The notes: generated by a model from the sequence alone, not told the origin. Positions 1-13,702 are shown, counted from the stretch's first letter. The stretch: 64,000 nucleotides of DNA from Vicugna vicugna (GCA_013265495.1 MU061579.1:2849319-2913318); one strand, 5' to 3'. Translations and numbers: made by a program.

Positions 1-2640
1 TGAACATCTATGACTTACATCCTGGCCTTCTAATCTAGTTCCATTTCCTGGTTGATGATACCCCATTTTCATCTCATATCTAGATAAGTATACCATTTGG
101 CAGATTTGCCTTGATGAGCTGAAATTTTGCTCGTGGCAATTATTTGCCATTATTTTTCTTTCATTATATTCCAAGGTAAATTTTTTCTCAGCTTCTGTCC
201 TTGATCTATCTAGTGGTCTTAGTTTCTGCTTTGCATGAGTTAGAAATTAGCCATGGGTTGAAAAATCTAATACTGAATAGTTGATGTTTTCCATTTTCAA
301 ACTGAAGGAATGTATTTCTGTAGAATTAAAATGAAAAAGTATAAAGGTGTTTTTTAAATTCCACTTTTAGAGTTTGCTTACAGTTACTTGCTTATGAGTA
401 GTTTTATGAGTATGAGAGTTTTATAGACATTATATGTGGTCTTTACTGAGCACCAGCTAATACTGCATTGGTAAATAATTGTGGATTTTGGTTCAGTTGT
501 GTTTTTGGACAAACATGTAACAAACAGCATAATTACACATTCATATTTTATAGAAGATCGCATATGATGTTACACAAATGTACAGTAAATCTAGTTTCAA
601 CCTAATTCAGGTGGACTCAAATATGTGCATTTATTTTCCATCCATATACATGTCAAATGCATGTGAAATATACAAAAAGTACATGATTTTCCATTAGTAT
701 TTTCAGCCATGAGATAGAATTGTATTTTTTTAATTCATGCTTTCTAGCAAATTTCTTTCAGAATATGTGCATAAAAGGGAATGAAGCTCTGTGTAGCCGT
801 CTGTATCATAGCATGATGTGCTGGGTGTAAAAGAAATTGTACTTCTTCTACTGTGCCACTTGTGTACACATACATACATGGAAGAAAATTTTGAGTTTGA
901 GCGAGGTGTTCTGCAATATGACAAATAGGGTCAAACTGCCAAGATTTCAAAGAGTTATTTTCTTTAATTATAGCTTAATGGAAAACAAAAGAATTTTGGA
1001 GACAATTAGCCTGTTATGTTGTATATCAGATAACATGTTACATTTATCTTGTTCTGCTGACTTGAACTTATCAAGACTTGAATGTACCTTTATATTTTTT
1101 TTTTCCTGAAGCTCTGCTACACAGCAGATGGGATGTCTAACATCCTTTTCTATTTAAAACATGCAAGTTCTAATCAACAGGAGGGTTTTAGAATGTTAAA
1201 CCAGCCAGCCATAAGAAATGTGTCATGCAGTTTCCTGTCATTCTAATTAATTAGATAGCATTATTTGTTGTCCCCAATGAACCTAAATGAGCTCAGTGCT
1301 GGGATAATAGCTTCATTCTTACCAAAGATTTGTTTTCATATTATTGGCTTAGATTGGAGAAAAAAATCAAATATTCCAAGATTACTCCAAACGCATGAGA
1401 ACTGTCATTTATATAGAAGACCTACATGTTTAACCTTCTCTCAAGATCACATAAATATTTTAACATTTTAGGATACTTTTACTTGGAAATTATACTTTAA
1501 TATCGTGTCTCTTTTATTTTCAAAATGTACTATAACATTTTTATGGCAAGATTTTTCCAGTCTATTGTAGTATTCAATTATATTTATTGAGACAGTGTGT
1601 CCTCAGTATTACAAGTAGCCTATTATTGTATGCTATTCATGTTCTTAAACTACTGACTGAAATAAATGGTATGTAAATTGTTAATTAGTGTGCAACCCAT
1701 AAATAAAACATACTTTATGGAATTTCTGCCTTAATTACTGGAAAACAAATGATCACAAAATAGTGAAAATCAGGAGACAATTTAGCAGACAATCTAACCT
1801 AAAATATTTAATCTTATTCTGAAGGCTATCATGTGAGATTATAAAATGGAAGAGATATGTTAAGTAAAAGACTAATGATAATAGAAAATTAAACAAAAGC
1901 AAGAATACTAATTCTAGGATATGGTTCCTGAAAATATGTTTGAACCCTTGAACGTGATGAATATTTACTTATCATTATCACTCTTAAAATGTTTACATAT
2001 CCAAAATATCTCATGAATTATGTTTTTTCCTTCTCTCTAATAATTGTGTTTTGATATTTCCTGCAAATTTGTCAAAATAAACACTTCATTTAAACCTATT
2101 AACTTATTTTTTAGAAAGTCCAAAAGCATATACCTTAGAAAGAGCTGTATTTGTTAATATAAACTCTTATTTCCATAATTAACAATATTAATGTTGATTT
2201 TAAAGGTTGAAATCATCTCTAGTAATAAATAAGATCTAACATACATTTGATGTGGCTCTAAGAAATTGGTATAATCACACCAAAAATTCTAAAGTAATAG
2301 GTATCTGTACTACATTTTAAAAGATGCCACAAAACTCCTTTTATTATTGCCTGGAATAAAATCTCCCTCCATTAGTTGGCCATAATTAGGGGAGCATTTG
2401 ATAGAGACATGTGCTTTATCTTTGCTAGCACTTCAAAACTGTCAGCAACCAGTGCTCTCTCTTCATCTCATCTCTTTCAGTTGAAAGCCTACTCGTTTTT
2501 CAGAGTCCACAAAAATTGTGCTAATAGAATCTTATTCCATCCCTACAGTTTTAATTAAACTCTACCATCCATAACATTTTCAAGCCTAGTTTTAACATCT
2601 TGCTTGCTCTTATATTTCTCTGCTGTAATATCTACTACAC

Positions 2641-2864
2641 CAGCGATTGGCAAACTTTTTCTGTAAAGGACCAGACATAGAGCATATTAGGCTTTTCGGG
2701 CCATTTGATTTCTGTTACAACTGTTCAACCTTGTCATTGTGGACAGCACAAGCAGCCACAGACAATACGTAACACACAAACCATGACTGTATTCCAAACA
2801 AAATTAATTTACAAACATAGAGGGTGAACTCTATTTGGCCCACAGGCTGTAGTTGGCTGACCTC
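2641..2864 (+). mobile_element. MER58A-like hAT-Charlie DNA transposon (MITE), near full length
   Basis: Begins CAGCGATTGGCAAACTTTTTCTGTAAAGGACCAG, has internal GCAGCCACAGACAATACGTAA, and ends TTTGGCCCACAGGCTGTAGTTGGCTGACCTC. This is collinear with the MER58A consensus as recalled (~220 bp), with degenerate terminal inverted repeats. Confidence 0.85.
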
Positions 2865-2869
2865 CATAT

Positions 2870-2990
2870 TTGATTGTAAGCTCCTTGAGGGAAGAGACCA
2901 TGACCTCTTCATCTTCTTTACCACATAGGGTCTGTCTAGTAATTTTTATGTATTAGAACTTTGAAAATTCATTATTGAGTTAATGAAGGA
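2870..2990 (+). mobile_element. L2 LINE 3' end fragment (host of the MER58A insertion)
   Basis: GATTGTAAGCTCCTTGAGGGAAGAGACC is the characteristic L2 3' motif, followed by a degenerate TTGAGTTAATGAA tail. Confidence 0.65.
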
Positions 2991-5353
2991 TAAACCTGTG
3001 ACTATAGTTTGGACAGTCATTAGTATAAGCGGTAGGGAGTAGAGAAAGTGGAAGAGAAGAAAGTGAAGTAAAACACAAAAAAGTAAGTAAAAAAAGAAGG
3101 AAAAAAAATCACCAATTTGCCATTTTAAACTATTTTTCTCATTTAAATACCCTCAACCTGAAAATTAATTTAATAACAATTATAGTGTAATTCACTGTGT
3201 TAGTAAGAATTCAAGGTCCTTTTCATAAGGAACACACAACAGAGCTGGATGGAAAGACTTGTTAGTTATCCTAAGTGCACTAGTTAAGTGGTGAGCACAG
3301 ACCTATTGTAACAGCAAAGTGTGAAGCACTTCTCCTGAGTTCCAGAGAGGAATTGGCATGTGCTCCAGTTCTAAGGAACGAGAAGACTTCTGTAGATTAG
3401 AATGAGTAGCCATTGGGATTATAGAAAGTTGATCTCTAACTTTAAAATTGAAATAGCTATTGCTTTTGACTCCACTTTCTCGATTCACTTTTTTTTTTAA
3501 GCATGGGTACAATTATAAGAATTGTAAGAATGGAGGAAGTTCATTTCCGAAACATATTGCTGGTAATTATGCCGTAAACAAGATTGTACCTCCTCAGAAC
3601 CTGATTCCAGAGCTGAATTTCTGACCAAGATTTCTGCTTTCAATAAATCAAAAACGTGTATGTTTGTATTCAAACAAACACACAACTGCAAAGGGCTTAT
3701 TCATTTGCAATGGTGCACCAAGTTCTGTAAAATATGAATGCAATGTTTTTAAAACTTCAACTTTAAGCATCATGAGTTTGGGGTAAGGAGAAAGAAAATA
3801 GCTGAGGATATTGTAGGAATAGTAGGAAAGATTGATCTAGAAGCTGGATGTCATGTCAGGGCTAAAAGTATTGATTTGATTGTCTTAGACAAAGAGATCT
3901 TTAAAGTCATCGAGTGAAAAGGCTTGAGGAAGAGCACAGTGACAAGGCTTTGATGTCTCTGCAATGGAAGCAGTTGAAAGTCCATTGGACAGACATCAAA
4001 CAGTAGGATGCTCGCATATTTATCCCAATTTTAATATATATATATATATAAACACACATGTAATTTTTAAATAATTGTTCAGCATTATGGACTTTCTTTC
4101 TTGAGACTGAGGACTGAGAGAAGTAAAAGGCCTTCAGATTATTTTCAGCTGTAAAATTATTCATTTATTCATGAGGCTTAGTTCAATTTAAATGTGTGCA
4201 TATGTCACATAAAAAGTCAGAATTGAACTTATATTTATATTTCTACCACAACAAACCATTGCAGAATATTTAATGAATACTCATTGTGTTTTCCCTTGCA
4301 TAATATATATGGGATTCATGAAGGTTTCAAGTCCCTTAAGAAAAAAGTTCAACCAATTAAGTTTATTCTGTTTTCTTCATTTGTGTTGCCTATAAAAAAA
4401 AAAAAAAAATCTTCCCTCAGGGCATCTTCCTAATTGAGATGCTTCAAATTTTTGCAATAATTACAATGTGAATATTGCTAATAGTGATGATATTGCTGGT
4501 TTTCCTTCTGGAAAGCAGAGTTGCTAATAACTCACAATCAACTTCATAATTTATCATAGTAAATTGGAATGTAATATTATTTTCATACAAATCTATCTAT
4601 GCTTTCATATTATTGATAATAATTTTCATCTAATTGTTATCAGTAAGTATGGAATATTTGAACTTAATTATTTCTTAGTTCTTAAAGAATGGTTAATCTC
4701 TTGTACTTCAGTGGACATTAGCTGCTTAGATATAACCTGCATGAAGTTTCAGAGGGAAAAAATAAAAACATTGATATATGTCATAACAAAACTATTAGAC
4801 AAAGCCATTCCTACCAATTTCTTTGAAAACAAAATTGGACCAGACTATGACAGAATGAAGTCCTTTTGACAATGAAGAATTTGCTATATTTCATAATTTT
4901 CTTCTCATTTAATAAAGAACAAATATAAGCAGAAGATATGTAAAGAAGATAGAAAAAACCTCCAATTTTTAGACAAAGGTAAATTTAGATCATTTCCTAA
5001 GGGTAGCACAGATTTTCTGGGATATGTGGTAGACTGAGATTTTTGCTATTATCAGTGCCAACGCTGAGACAGGTATATTCTTCCCATAGGATCATATAGA
5101 TAGAGATAAAGGCACAGTCAGGAAATGTTGAAAAGCTTTTGATAATTGTTTTACAATTTTTTTCAAAGAATGTGTTTATTAAAACAATTATGTCATACTA
5201 TCCTTGACTAGTTTTGACACCAACTGTGAATTTATTCACTGATGGTAAAACAACTCAGACTGCTCTCTCAATCTTTAGAGCCTGGCATGGAGACCAGCAT
5301 GTAGAAACACAAAGTGGGTAGAGTGCCCTCACATAGGCAGCAAAAAGGAGAAG

Positions 5354-5898
5354 CATTAGCTTGCTATTGCTGCATAACAAACCACCACAAATTTAACAGT
5401 AGCCACATATTAGCTCATAGTTCTATAGGTCAGAAATCTGGCATGACATGGTTTAGTTTTCTGCTCAGGGTGTCACCAGCCTGAACTCAAGATATTGTCC
5501 AGGCTGAGTTCTTGCCTGGGAGGCTCTGGGGGAAAATTCACTTCCAAGTTCATTCATAATTGGCAGAAATCAGTTTCTTATAGTTGTGGGACTGAAGTCC
5601 CCATTTCCCTGGCAGTTGCTATTGCTCTTAGCTGCTGGATGCTGCCACTCTCCATTAGCAACTCAAAACCAGGATGTCTGCTTCTTTCCAGAGTAGGCAA
5701 AGTGCATCTTTCTGACTTCCTCTCTGTGACCCACTGGAGAAATCTCTGCTATTAAGGGTTCACGTGAGTAAGTCAGGCCCATTGAGATAATCTTATTTGA
5801 AAGCCAATGCAGCTTTATAACATAACCTAATCATGGGAGCAAAATCTATCAAATTCATGATCCCAGGGATTGTGTAGGATGTTGTTCTGTCTACCACA
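5354..5898 (-). mobile_element. MaLR solo LTR, MLT1 (MLT1E/D-like)
   Basis: The + strand starts CATTAGCTTGCTATTGCTGCATAACAAACCACCAC, has internal CTCATAGTTCTATAGGTCAGAAATCTGG and GGAGGCTCTGGGGGAAAATTCACTTCCAAG, and ends TTCTGTCTACCACA (reverse complement of the MLT1 5' TGTGGTAG). Confidence 0.85.
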
Positions 5899-5899
5899 G

Positions 5900-6065
5900 G
5901 GAAGAAGCACAGGTCTTTGGGGCCTGAACGCTGGTCTTTATGTCTCAGCTCTCCTGATTTCTAGTCATGTGATCTGGAGAAAGTCATTTGATATCTTCTT
6001 TCCTTGGCCTCATTATTTGTAAAATTGGTAAAACACTGTTGCTGTGACAAGTTGTTACTGGATTA
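5900..6065 (+). mobile_element. MIR SINE, degenerate
   Basis: AGTCATGTGATCTGGAGAAAGTCATTT...CCTCATTATTTGTAAAATTGG resembles the MIR core. Confidence 0.6.
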
Positions 6066-7538
6066 ACTTCTCAGTACATGTTAATTACTTTTACTAGTTT
6101 ACAAGAATATCTAGACATGTTGGAGAAGAGGTGGTGTTAATGAATGTTTCAGACTCAACCTATGGCTTAAAGGAGCTTGAGATGCAGTAAATGCATTTGT
6201 TCTTCCCTCAATGTATTTCTGTTCCCTTGACTCTATCCATGATGGCAGGATCCCTTAGCCTTAAGTTTTTTTTTAACTAAAAATACACATTTTGGGTACA
6301 ATTTGGCATCCTAACATTACCAAGGCAACCACTTCATCTAATACATCTGGAGAAACAATGTTTTTCGTAGTAGTGGTGGAAAACTGGCTATTGGATTGGT
6401 TTTATTGAGAAACAGCACATCCATCTCCAAAGGTTAAACAAGAAAAAAAAAAAGGAAAAAAAAAAAGAAGTATGAGAGAGAGAGGGAGTATTTTTAGGAC
6501 GATATTAAGTTTATCTGAAGTGTACACATTAAATTTACATAATGGTTCCTGAATAAGATGTGAGTTCACTTGTAAATTCAAATTAATCCATCTACAGAAG
6601 CCAAAATTGAACAGTTCAACTGCCCTATCATTTTGACCACAAAAAAATGCATTTCTATAACATCAACTATTGCAGTTATCATCTGTCTTTCTTCCTTTTC
6701 TTTCAGAATCATCCCTTGCTAACTTTATAAAACTGGCTGCTGGTTGGCGAAAATACGTGTACTTTTTTGTTATCTGGTTATCAGTTATCTTTAAGGAAAA
6801 TAACTTCCCCTCTCTACTGAAGTTCTGTTTGGTTCTCTGTGACTCTGGTTCCCCAGTGTGGTTACAGCCAGAGGGAGTTAAGAGAGCATGAGATTTGCAG
6901 CTAGGAACCCTACGAGTTTGAATGCTGTGGTGTCCAAGTTCCATGTACAAGCTCCATTCTTTCTATTCCAGCACCAGAGTCTTGGACTTGATTAGCTGGT
7001 TGATTGTCCTCGGAGCTGAGAATCCGTTGCCTGTTGATAGTTAATCCTGATGTTGATTTCCAATAGCTATTGATTTAACAATTAAAACCTGGATAAATAA
7101 TAACTGCACAATTGCCCTTGCATCTCCAGTTGTTAACTCTGTGTCCCTGTTAGGGTGCCTTCTTTCTACCTCTGGTCAGTTCATATTTTTAAGGTGCCAG
7201 TTTCTCAGGGCCAGAGTAGATTTCTCCAATCTGTTTTAGCCAAACACCTCGCACTATCCCTGTGGATGACTTGCCTTCACCTTTCAGTCTTGCTAGGCTC
7301 TTTTGTCCATTGTTCTTGTACATGTTGTGTGTATCTTTGTCTGGAGGAGTGTTAATAAACATAGACTTACTATATGCTATTAAGATTGGAAAGAAATCAT
7401 ACTGACACAAGAGTAGATAAAAGTATATACTCTACATTATGCTAGTCCATTAATGAAACATTAAAATATTTTGTTTGTTTATTGGGGGAGCTGTTAAATA
7501 AATAAATTTTCAACACAACTAGTGAAAACTTGTCATTG

Positions 7539-8109
7539 TGTTTCTGAAAGGTCGGCCCCTGTCCCTGACGAGCCAAATAACCCAGAGACAAGGTCTTGGA
7601 GTTTAGAAGAAAAGAGGCAATTTTATTGCTTTGCTGGGCAAAGGGGACCCACAGCAGGGTGGTGCCTTCAAAACTGTGAACCCACCTTGGGGATGGGGTG
7701 GGGTGGTTATACAGCCAGAGTTCAAACAATGAAGCATCGATAACAAGCAGCAGAACCAATTTCTCATCAGAAGACTCAGAATGGCGTCATGATGCCTCCA
7801 GGCCACCAATTCTATAGATGCTAGCAGCTATCACTCTTTCCCAAGGAGTGGTCTTCTTGGTAATTCAGGCTATTTTGTAAGGTTAAAGTCCCGTGACCTT
7901 CTCCCTGGAGATCAACTCAGAGACTAAGCATGATTATAGCTTTTGATTACTGGAATAAAGTAGAAACAGTAAGATCAATAGCTTTAGTTTCAACAGTGGG
8001 CCTGGAACTATGAGTAGCAACCAGTCAGGTCAGCTGACTGTTTTAAGGGCAAGCATAAGAATAAGCGATCTGTTAGCCTAAGTGAGGCCATTTTATTAAT
8101 CCTCCTTCA
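7539..8109 (-). mobile_element. ERV1-type solo LTR (571 bp) with intact TG..CA ends and 4-bp TSD
   Basis: TG at 7539 and CA at 8108-8109, flanked by ATTG at 7535-7538 and 8110-8113. The minus strand starts TGAAGGAG and has a TATA-like TATAA (~7707-7711) and AATAAA (7622-7627) near its 3' end. It is more GC-rich than its flanks. Confidence 0.85.
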
Positions 8110-8884
8110 ATTGAATTCTGTTAAGGTGGGCTAGAATATTGCTTAAATTGTATTTTCAATACTGTTGGTTTTGCTGTAGAGTTATGATTAAATAAATCAT
8201 CAGTCACTGATGTGATTTATATTAAAATCAAGAGGATCCCTGTGTAGGCAAGGAATTCTTGCCTGTATTTCTCACATTATTATTCACACACTACCTGTGG
8301 TAATGAACCCACAGGGTTTTTACCTAGGTAATAAACGCCTAGGGTATTTATTAATTTTCTTAATGTAAATGTCCAGGTCCCATTGTATTCATACTGAATC
8401 CTACATCTGGGTTTGGCTAGATCACTAGGTGATTACTCTATGTACTGCTTAAGACTATATTGGAAAAAAATTCAACAGTCCTGTAATAAAATGTTGGGGA
8501 AAAATACAGCCATGCACTTCTGTCTGACTGCAGGTCAATTAATTTGTTACTGCATACCACAGAAAAAAATATAAGGTGCAAATTACAGTCATCAAAGGTA
8601 TTCTAAATTTTCAGGAAATTCTACTTTATTCAGAACAGTTATCTCTGTTTTATTATGATGTTAATCATACAAAATAGAAGGCTTTTATATAGATTCTTTG
8701 AAAAGGAAAGGAAAACATTTAGATATGGCTTGGGCCGTGACACAGAACTTTCTTAGATCATCAAAGTTCAAATCATCATATCCACTGGAAAATGACTGCC
8801 ATCCCAGCAGTCAGTATCACCATATAATTTCTTTTTGTTAATTTCAAAATCATACATAAATGCATGTCCTAAAGCCTAGGGTAG

Positions 8885-9278
8885 AGCTGACTGTGAGCAT
8901 TGTCTCTCCAGCTATAGGCAGAACTGAGACGTGAGGGCAGTATTTTATTGAAGGATTCAGAAAAGATGGGCTAGGAATGCCTAGCATCTTTATAGGGTGG
9001 TTTGCACAGCGGCATAAAAATATATACATAGGGCACACTGTAGCGTGAGCAGTTACATAAATCATGCTGATCTAACAAACTGCAAACAACAGAAAGCCAG
9101 GCCCTGGTTTTATCTCTAAAGACTTCCTCTGCTTTTGGTCAAAGCCCTCTTTCCAGGTGGAGCTGACATCAGACCTCTTTCCAACATTAATCTCCAACAG
9201 CTGGGTAACAAAGGTAACTTCAGTAAAGGCGTTACTGTCTTCCTGAGGAACTGAAGGGTGAGCTACGATGCCTACGCA
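8885..9278 (-). mobile_element. Probable ERV LTR remnant (family uncertain)
   Basis: ~400-bp GC-richer block with minus-strand AATAAA (~8944-8949) about 60 bp from its 3' end. It ends in CA at 9278 and is flanked by GTAGAGCTGA (8881) and GCAGAGCTGA (9279). Confidence 0.5.
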
Positions 9279-9934
9279 GCAGAGCTGAGTAAAACAGGAA
9301 GGAGAAAGACCAGCAATCACTGGACACGTTCTTCCCCCACAAACATTTTCGTTGAGTTGCTACAGCCACAGGATCCCAAAGGAGGAACTGGCAAGAAAAA
9401 CACAAATAACAAAATAAAACCTATTCACAATTTCAATGTTTGTTGAGACAAAGTAATTACAAAGCCATCAGGCCCAATTACAAAGCACACAGAGTCAATT
9501 GTCGAAGTATTTAGAGATCCAGGTGGAGAAGCCATTTGACCAGTGTCCTTCCATTCAAAGCAAGCCCGCTCAGGGGCCTCTTGCCTCTTGTTTATAAAAG
9601 TCAGACAAAGCACTCCGTAATTGCTCTGCTTGTTCACTCTGCCCTGAAGCATTTACCACAGAGTTGCTCTAGCAGATCTCCTCTTGCTACTTAGGAAAAG
9701 CTGATTATTTGTCCCACTCCCACATCAGGGATTTCCCTGTTCTTTTCATGACCCTACACCTCTCCTCCTCTTGACCCATGTGGTGCACATGCCAGCCTAA
9801 ACTTGCTTCATGAATTTGCATCAGCTAAACATATCGTTTGAAATATCTTGTGCATTCAGAAATTGACAACCATGTTAGAAGATGAATTTCAAAACTTCAG
9901 TTCCACACTTAAAATATGTACATGTGGTATTCAG

Positions 9935-10078
9935 TATATATATGTTTAAAAAAGAAGAAATGTATATTATGAGTATAAAATATATATAAATAAATTTTAA
10001 AAATATATATAAAATAAATATAAATACAATATATACACTCATGGTATGTATATATATTGTATATATACATATATATTA
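9935..10078. repeat. AT-rich low-complexity / degenerate (TA)n
   Basis: Runs of TATATA and AAATA seen directly. Confidence 0.8.
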
Positions 10079-10199
10079 ATTACACTGAAAACTAGATTTT
10101 GCAGGTTTACCTCTAAATAACCTGGCAATGGTTAAAAGGAATATAATGAAATATTGCCTGCAATCATTTATTTGTGTGGTCCATATTTATTGATATATA

Positions 10200-11800
10200 A
10201 TTTTTCTCCTATTCCTTTTTAAAGAATGCTTCAGTGAACCACGCTATTTCAGTTTTGATAGACTTATCTTGATATTAAGTAGGGTGAATTCTTCCTCTTA
10301 GTTTCTTCTTCTTCAACATTTTTTTTTTTTTACTATTTTGGACCCTTCCTACATTTCTACGTATTTTTTGTTTCAATTTGAGTACAAATCCCTGCCTACA
10401 TTTTGATTTATTGCTTTGAATTTTACATTTATTAAATAACTAACTAGAAAAAATTTTAATTCTTCCCGTGAAGGAAACTGATATATCATTAGTATTAATT
10501 CAAGTCTTCTTTTATAAGCTTAAATAAAATGTATATTTTTACTTATATTTTGTTGGTCTTGATATAATGTTCTATATTTTTAATATACATTGCCAGGTAA
10601 AGTTTGCTAGTAATTTATTTATTAATTTTGTATCAATGTTCAGAAGTGAAATTGGCCTATAATTTTGTTTTCTCAGGATATTTTCTTTTCCCATTTTGGT
10701 CTTAAAAGTCATAGTAGTTTAATAAAATAGTTTTATCTCTTCATAAGACAGGGCTCATCTCTTTCTTTAAAGTTTGATAAAAATTTCCAGTTAACACAAT
10801 CTGAAAACGATAGCTGTGAGTAGTTACTTAACTGCTAAATTTAATTATTCAAATAAGTATTGATTATTATTCATATTTAATATTTTTTCTTGAGCCAGTT
10901 TTGCTAGATTATATGTGTTTTAAAAATCATGTGTTTTATTTAAGCATAATTTTTTTGCTATAATTTCTTCAATGTTCTTTGATTATATTGAAAGTTTCTA
11001 TTTTATATTTCATTATGTACATTTTATCCTTTTCAGTAATGGGTGTGTACGTGTGTGTTACCTCAGTTTTGTTTGTGACAAAGTTTTGTCAGACATTTGT
11101 TCATTTCATCAATCTTTTCCAAGAATGAGATCTCTATCTACAATATCTCTTTTATTTATTTCTATTCTTATCTATATTTTACTTTCTTTTACTTTTTTTT
11201 CTAGTGTGGTTCTCTTACAATACCTTTGGCAGCTTGTTTTTAAATAATATAAATATATATACATATGTAATATACATAATGACCTTTAGGAAGTATTTGG
11301 GTATATCTTATAATTTTTAACACCTATTATTTTCTTTGTCATTCATCTTAAAATACTTGATAATTTCTTTCATAAGTTGCATCATGATTTCTTTTTAATC
11401 TATGAATTATTACTATATTAATTTATATCTAAGTATTAGTGGTGTAAGACGTTTTAAAATCAAATTTATTGTATTATTGTCATAGAATGTGACATGTTTG
11501 ATGTTGGCTATTTGGAATATACTTGCTACTTTCTTCAAGAATTACATTATTATTTTTGCAAAGTTTCCATGTGTGCTTGAAAAATAAGTACTTTCTAATT
11601 TGGAGGAGTACTGTTACTTTATATGCTATTACATCAACTTTAATGCTAGGATAATTCACATTTACCATAGCTTTTGTTTTCTAATATGCCTGGTCTATTT
11701 CTGAGGAAAGCATGCCAGAAGATTTATTTCCTTAGCTGCTTTTTCATTTGTTTATTTACTATCACTGTGCAACTTCAATGTGTCTTATGCAGTATTAATT
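10200..11800 (-). mobile_element. Ancient L1 (L1M-type) ORF2 remnants, antisense
   Basis: Very T-rich + strand with L1 antisense-like words such as GAAGTGAAATTGGCCTATAATTTT and TTCCATGTGTGCTTGAAAAATAAG. No open frame remains and the boundaries are approximate. Confidence 0.6.
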
Positions 11801-11959
11801 GGTGGGAAATCCATTCTTTCAATTGTTCCTGCCCCCCACCCCAAAACTTGAAGTCACCAGCATGTGTCCAATTCAACAGGAAATGCCAAAATTCTTTCAA
11901 TGACCAACAAGGCTACAACTGTTTGAATTGAACGGTTACAGTTTGGAGTAGAGAAAGGC

Positions 11960-12200
11960 AGTAAGCTGACTTTATTTTAAAAAGATCATCATCAATTATT
12001 ATCGAAACCACTTAGGAGGCTACTATAGTAATTCAGATGAGAGAGGATGGTGACATGGTTCTAGGAAGTACTGGGAGCATGCTGAGAAATGATTGTACTC
12101 TGTCTGTATTATGAAATAACACTAATTGCACTTTCTGTTGGATTGGATATGTGTATCAATGATGTCTCAAGTTGATTGTGCCTGTGCAGTTGGAAGGGTG
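11960..12200 (-). mobile_element. L2 fragment
   Basis: TTAGGAGGCTACTATAGTAATTCAGATGAGAGAGGATGGTG and GGATTGGATATG are typical L2 antisense motifs. Confidence 0.65.
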
Positions 12201-12209
12201 GATTTGTCA

Positions 12210-13680
12210 CAAATTATATTGTATAATTGTATAATAGTCTATTAAATCACTGAATCAGTGTATGTAACCTACCCACATTATTTTCAAAAGTTTCTGTGCC
12301 ATTATAAGTGTTTCTTGTTAAAGCATATATTTATGCTTTTTCAAGGGAAGAGTACAGTCTAATTACATACGTTTTAGTTTCTATTGTATTTAGCCTCACT
12401 TATTTTGCATGCTAGTCTTTGCTTGTCTTCTTTTCTCTGTGACTTACGTTCAATCAACTAAGATTTCCTCTGCTGGCTGTACACTATATTTTTCTAAGTT
12501 AACTTAGGGTGTTTATTTACCTTGTTTATGTACTGCATTTCTCTAATTAACACTCTAAATTAAAGCTTACACATATTAACTCCATGATCAAAACATGGCC
12601 TAAATTTGAAGCATATTTTCCTTAAGGGCTAATATAGGTGCTATTACTAGAAATGGGAGTCGAAGCTGAGCAGGAGGAACTGCATATAATGTTTTCTTTT
12701 ATCTCACCGTAACAGTCTCTTAAATTAGCCATATGCCATATTTAACTACAAAATTCCACTTTGATTCCATTTGTTTCATAATCATGATTGGTGCATTAAA
12801 AAATGAGCATGGAGAGCAAATATTCAGAACCTTTTCCATGTCTCATAATGTCATTTAATTAAAACTCTTGTGAAAGACTTTGAAATAGACCAAAAGGTGT
12901 CTTTTCATAGAAAATCTGTAACCCAAATGGGTATTAATGCATTGAGTCTGTGCCTTTCATTGTCTGAGTTACTTTAGTTATTTTGCTTCTTTGCTAAGAT
13001 GTGAAAAATGAATAGCAATGCAAATTAATTTTTTCCTTAGAGATACAAGTGAATTTTGTTGGAGGTGTAATTAATACCTTCCCCACCTACAGACAAAATT
13101 TAATTTTGCATTTATGAAGCAAATTTTTTCAGATTGCTAATTGCCTATACATGTATCTGTGTTTTGGAATCACAGTGAACCAATTGTTCCATTTTACTGG
13201 CTTCTTCATTAATTATTTAGTTAAATAAATATCTGAAATGTGTTAAATATGTATTTGTACAGAAATTACAATATTAACTTTAGACATATTATTTAATAAC
13301 TCATACTTAATAAATAGAGGGCTAGGTAAAAAAAAACTTACAAGTTTTTAATGTTTGTCATTTTCATACCAAATTTAAGGGTATTGATCTATTACTTTTA
13401 ATCAGCCAGTGCTGCAGTCAAAAATTCTGTTGGGATGTTTTTCTTTTATAGATAAGCTTTGTCTTTTCTTCGAAAGCTTTTATCTTTTTGTAATTTATAA
13501 AGTGAATCTGTCAATTGTAAACTTTTCTCTTCAGCACATAGACAGATTCTTTTTATCTGAAACTTGTTTTTCCAACAAATTAGAGAAATATCATTTTATC
13601 ACTTTTTAACTACTCTGCTTCATTTTTTACATACTCTCAACTATGTAACTTTTCCTTCATATGTGTTGGTATAGTTCTTT
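12210..13680 (-). mobile_element. Ancient L1 remnants (continuation), antisense
   Basis: T-rich composition and patchy resemblance to old L1 5'/ORF1 antisense sequence; highly degenerate. Confidence 0.35.
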
Positions 13681-13702
13681 CCCTTTAAGCATATTTCTAC
13701 CA

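Noticed and set aside
6765..6795. miR-9-like sequence (GTTATCT..GGTTATC)
   Set aside because: It lacks the mature TCTTTGGTTATCTAGCTGTATGA sequence and a complementary 3' arm.
10045..10071. 12-bp hairpin TATGTATATATA-TTG-TATATATACATA
   Set aside because: It lies in (TA)-rich low-complexity DNA where self-complementarity is expected.
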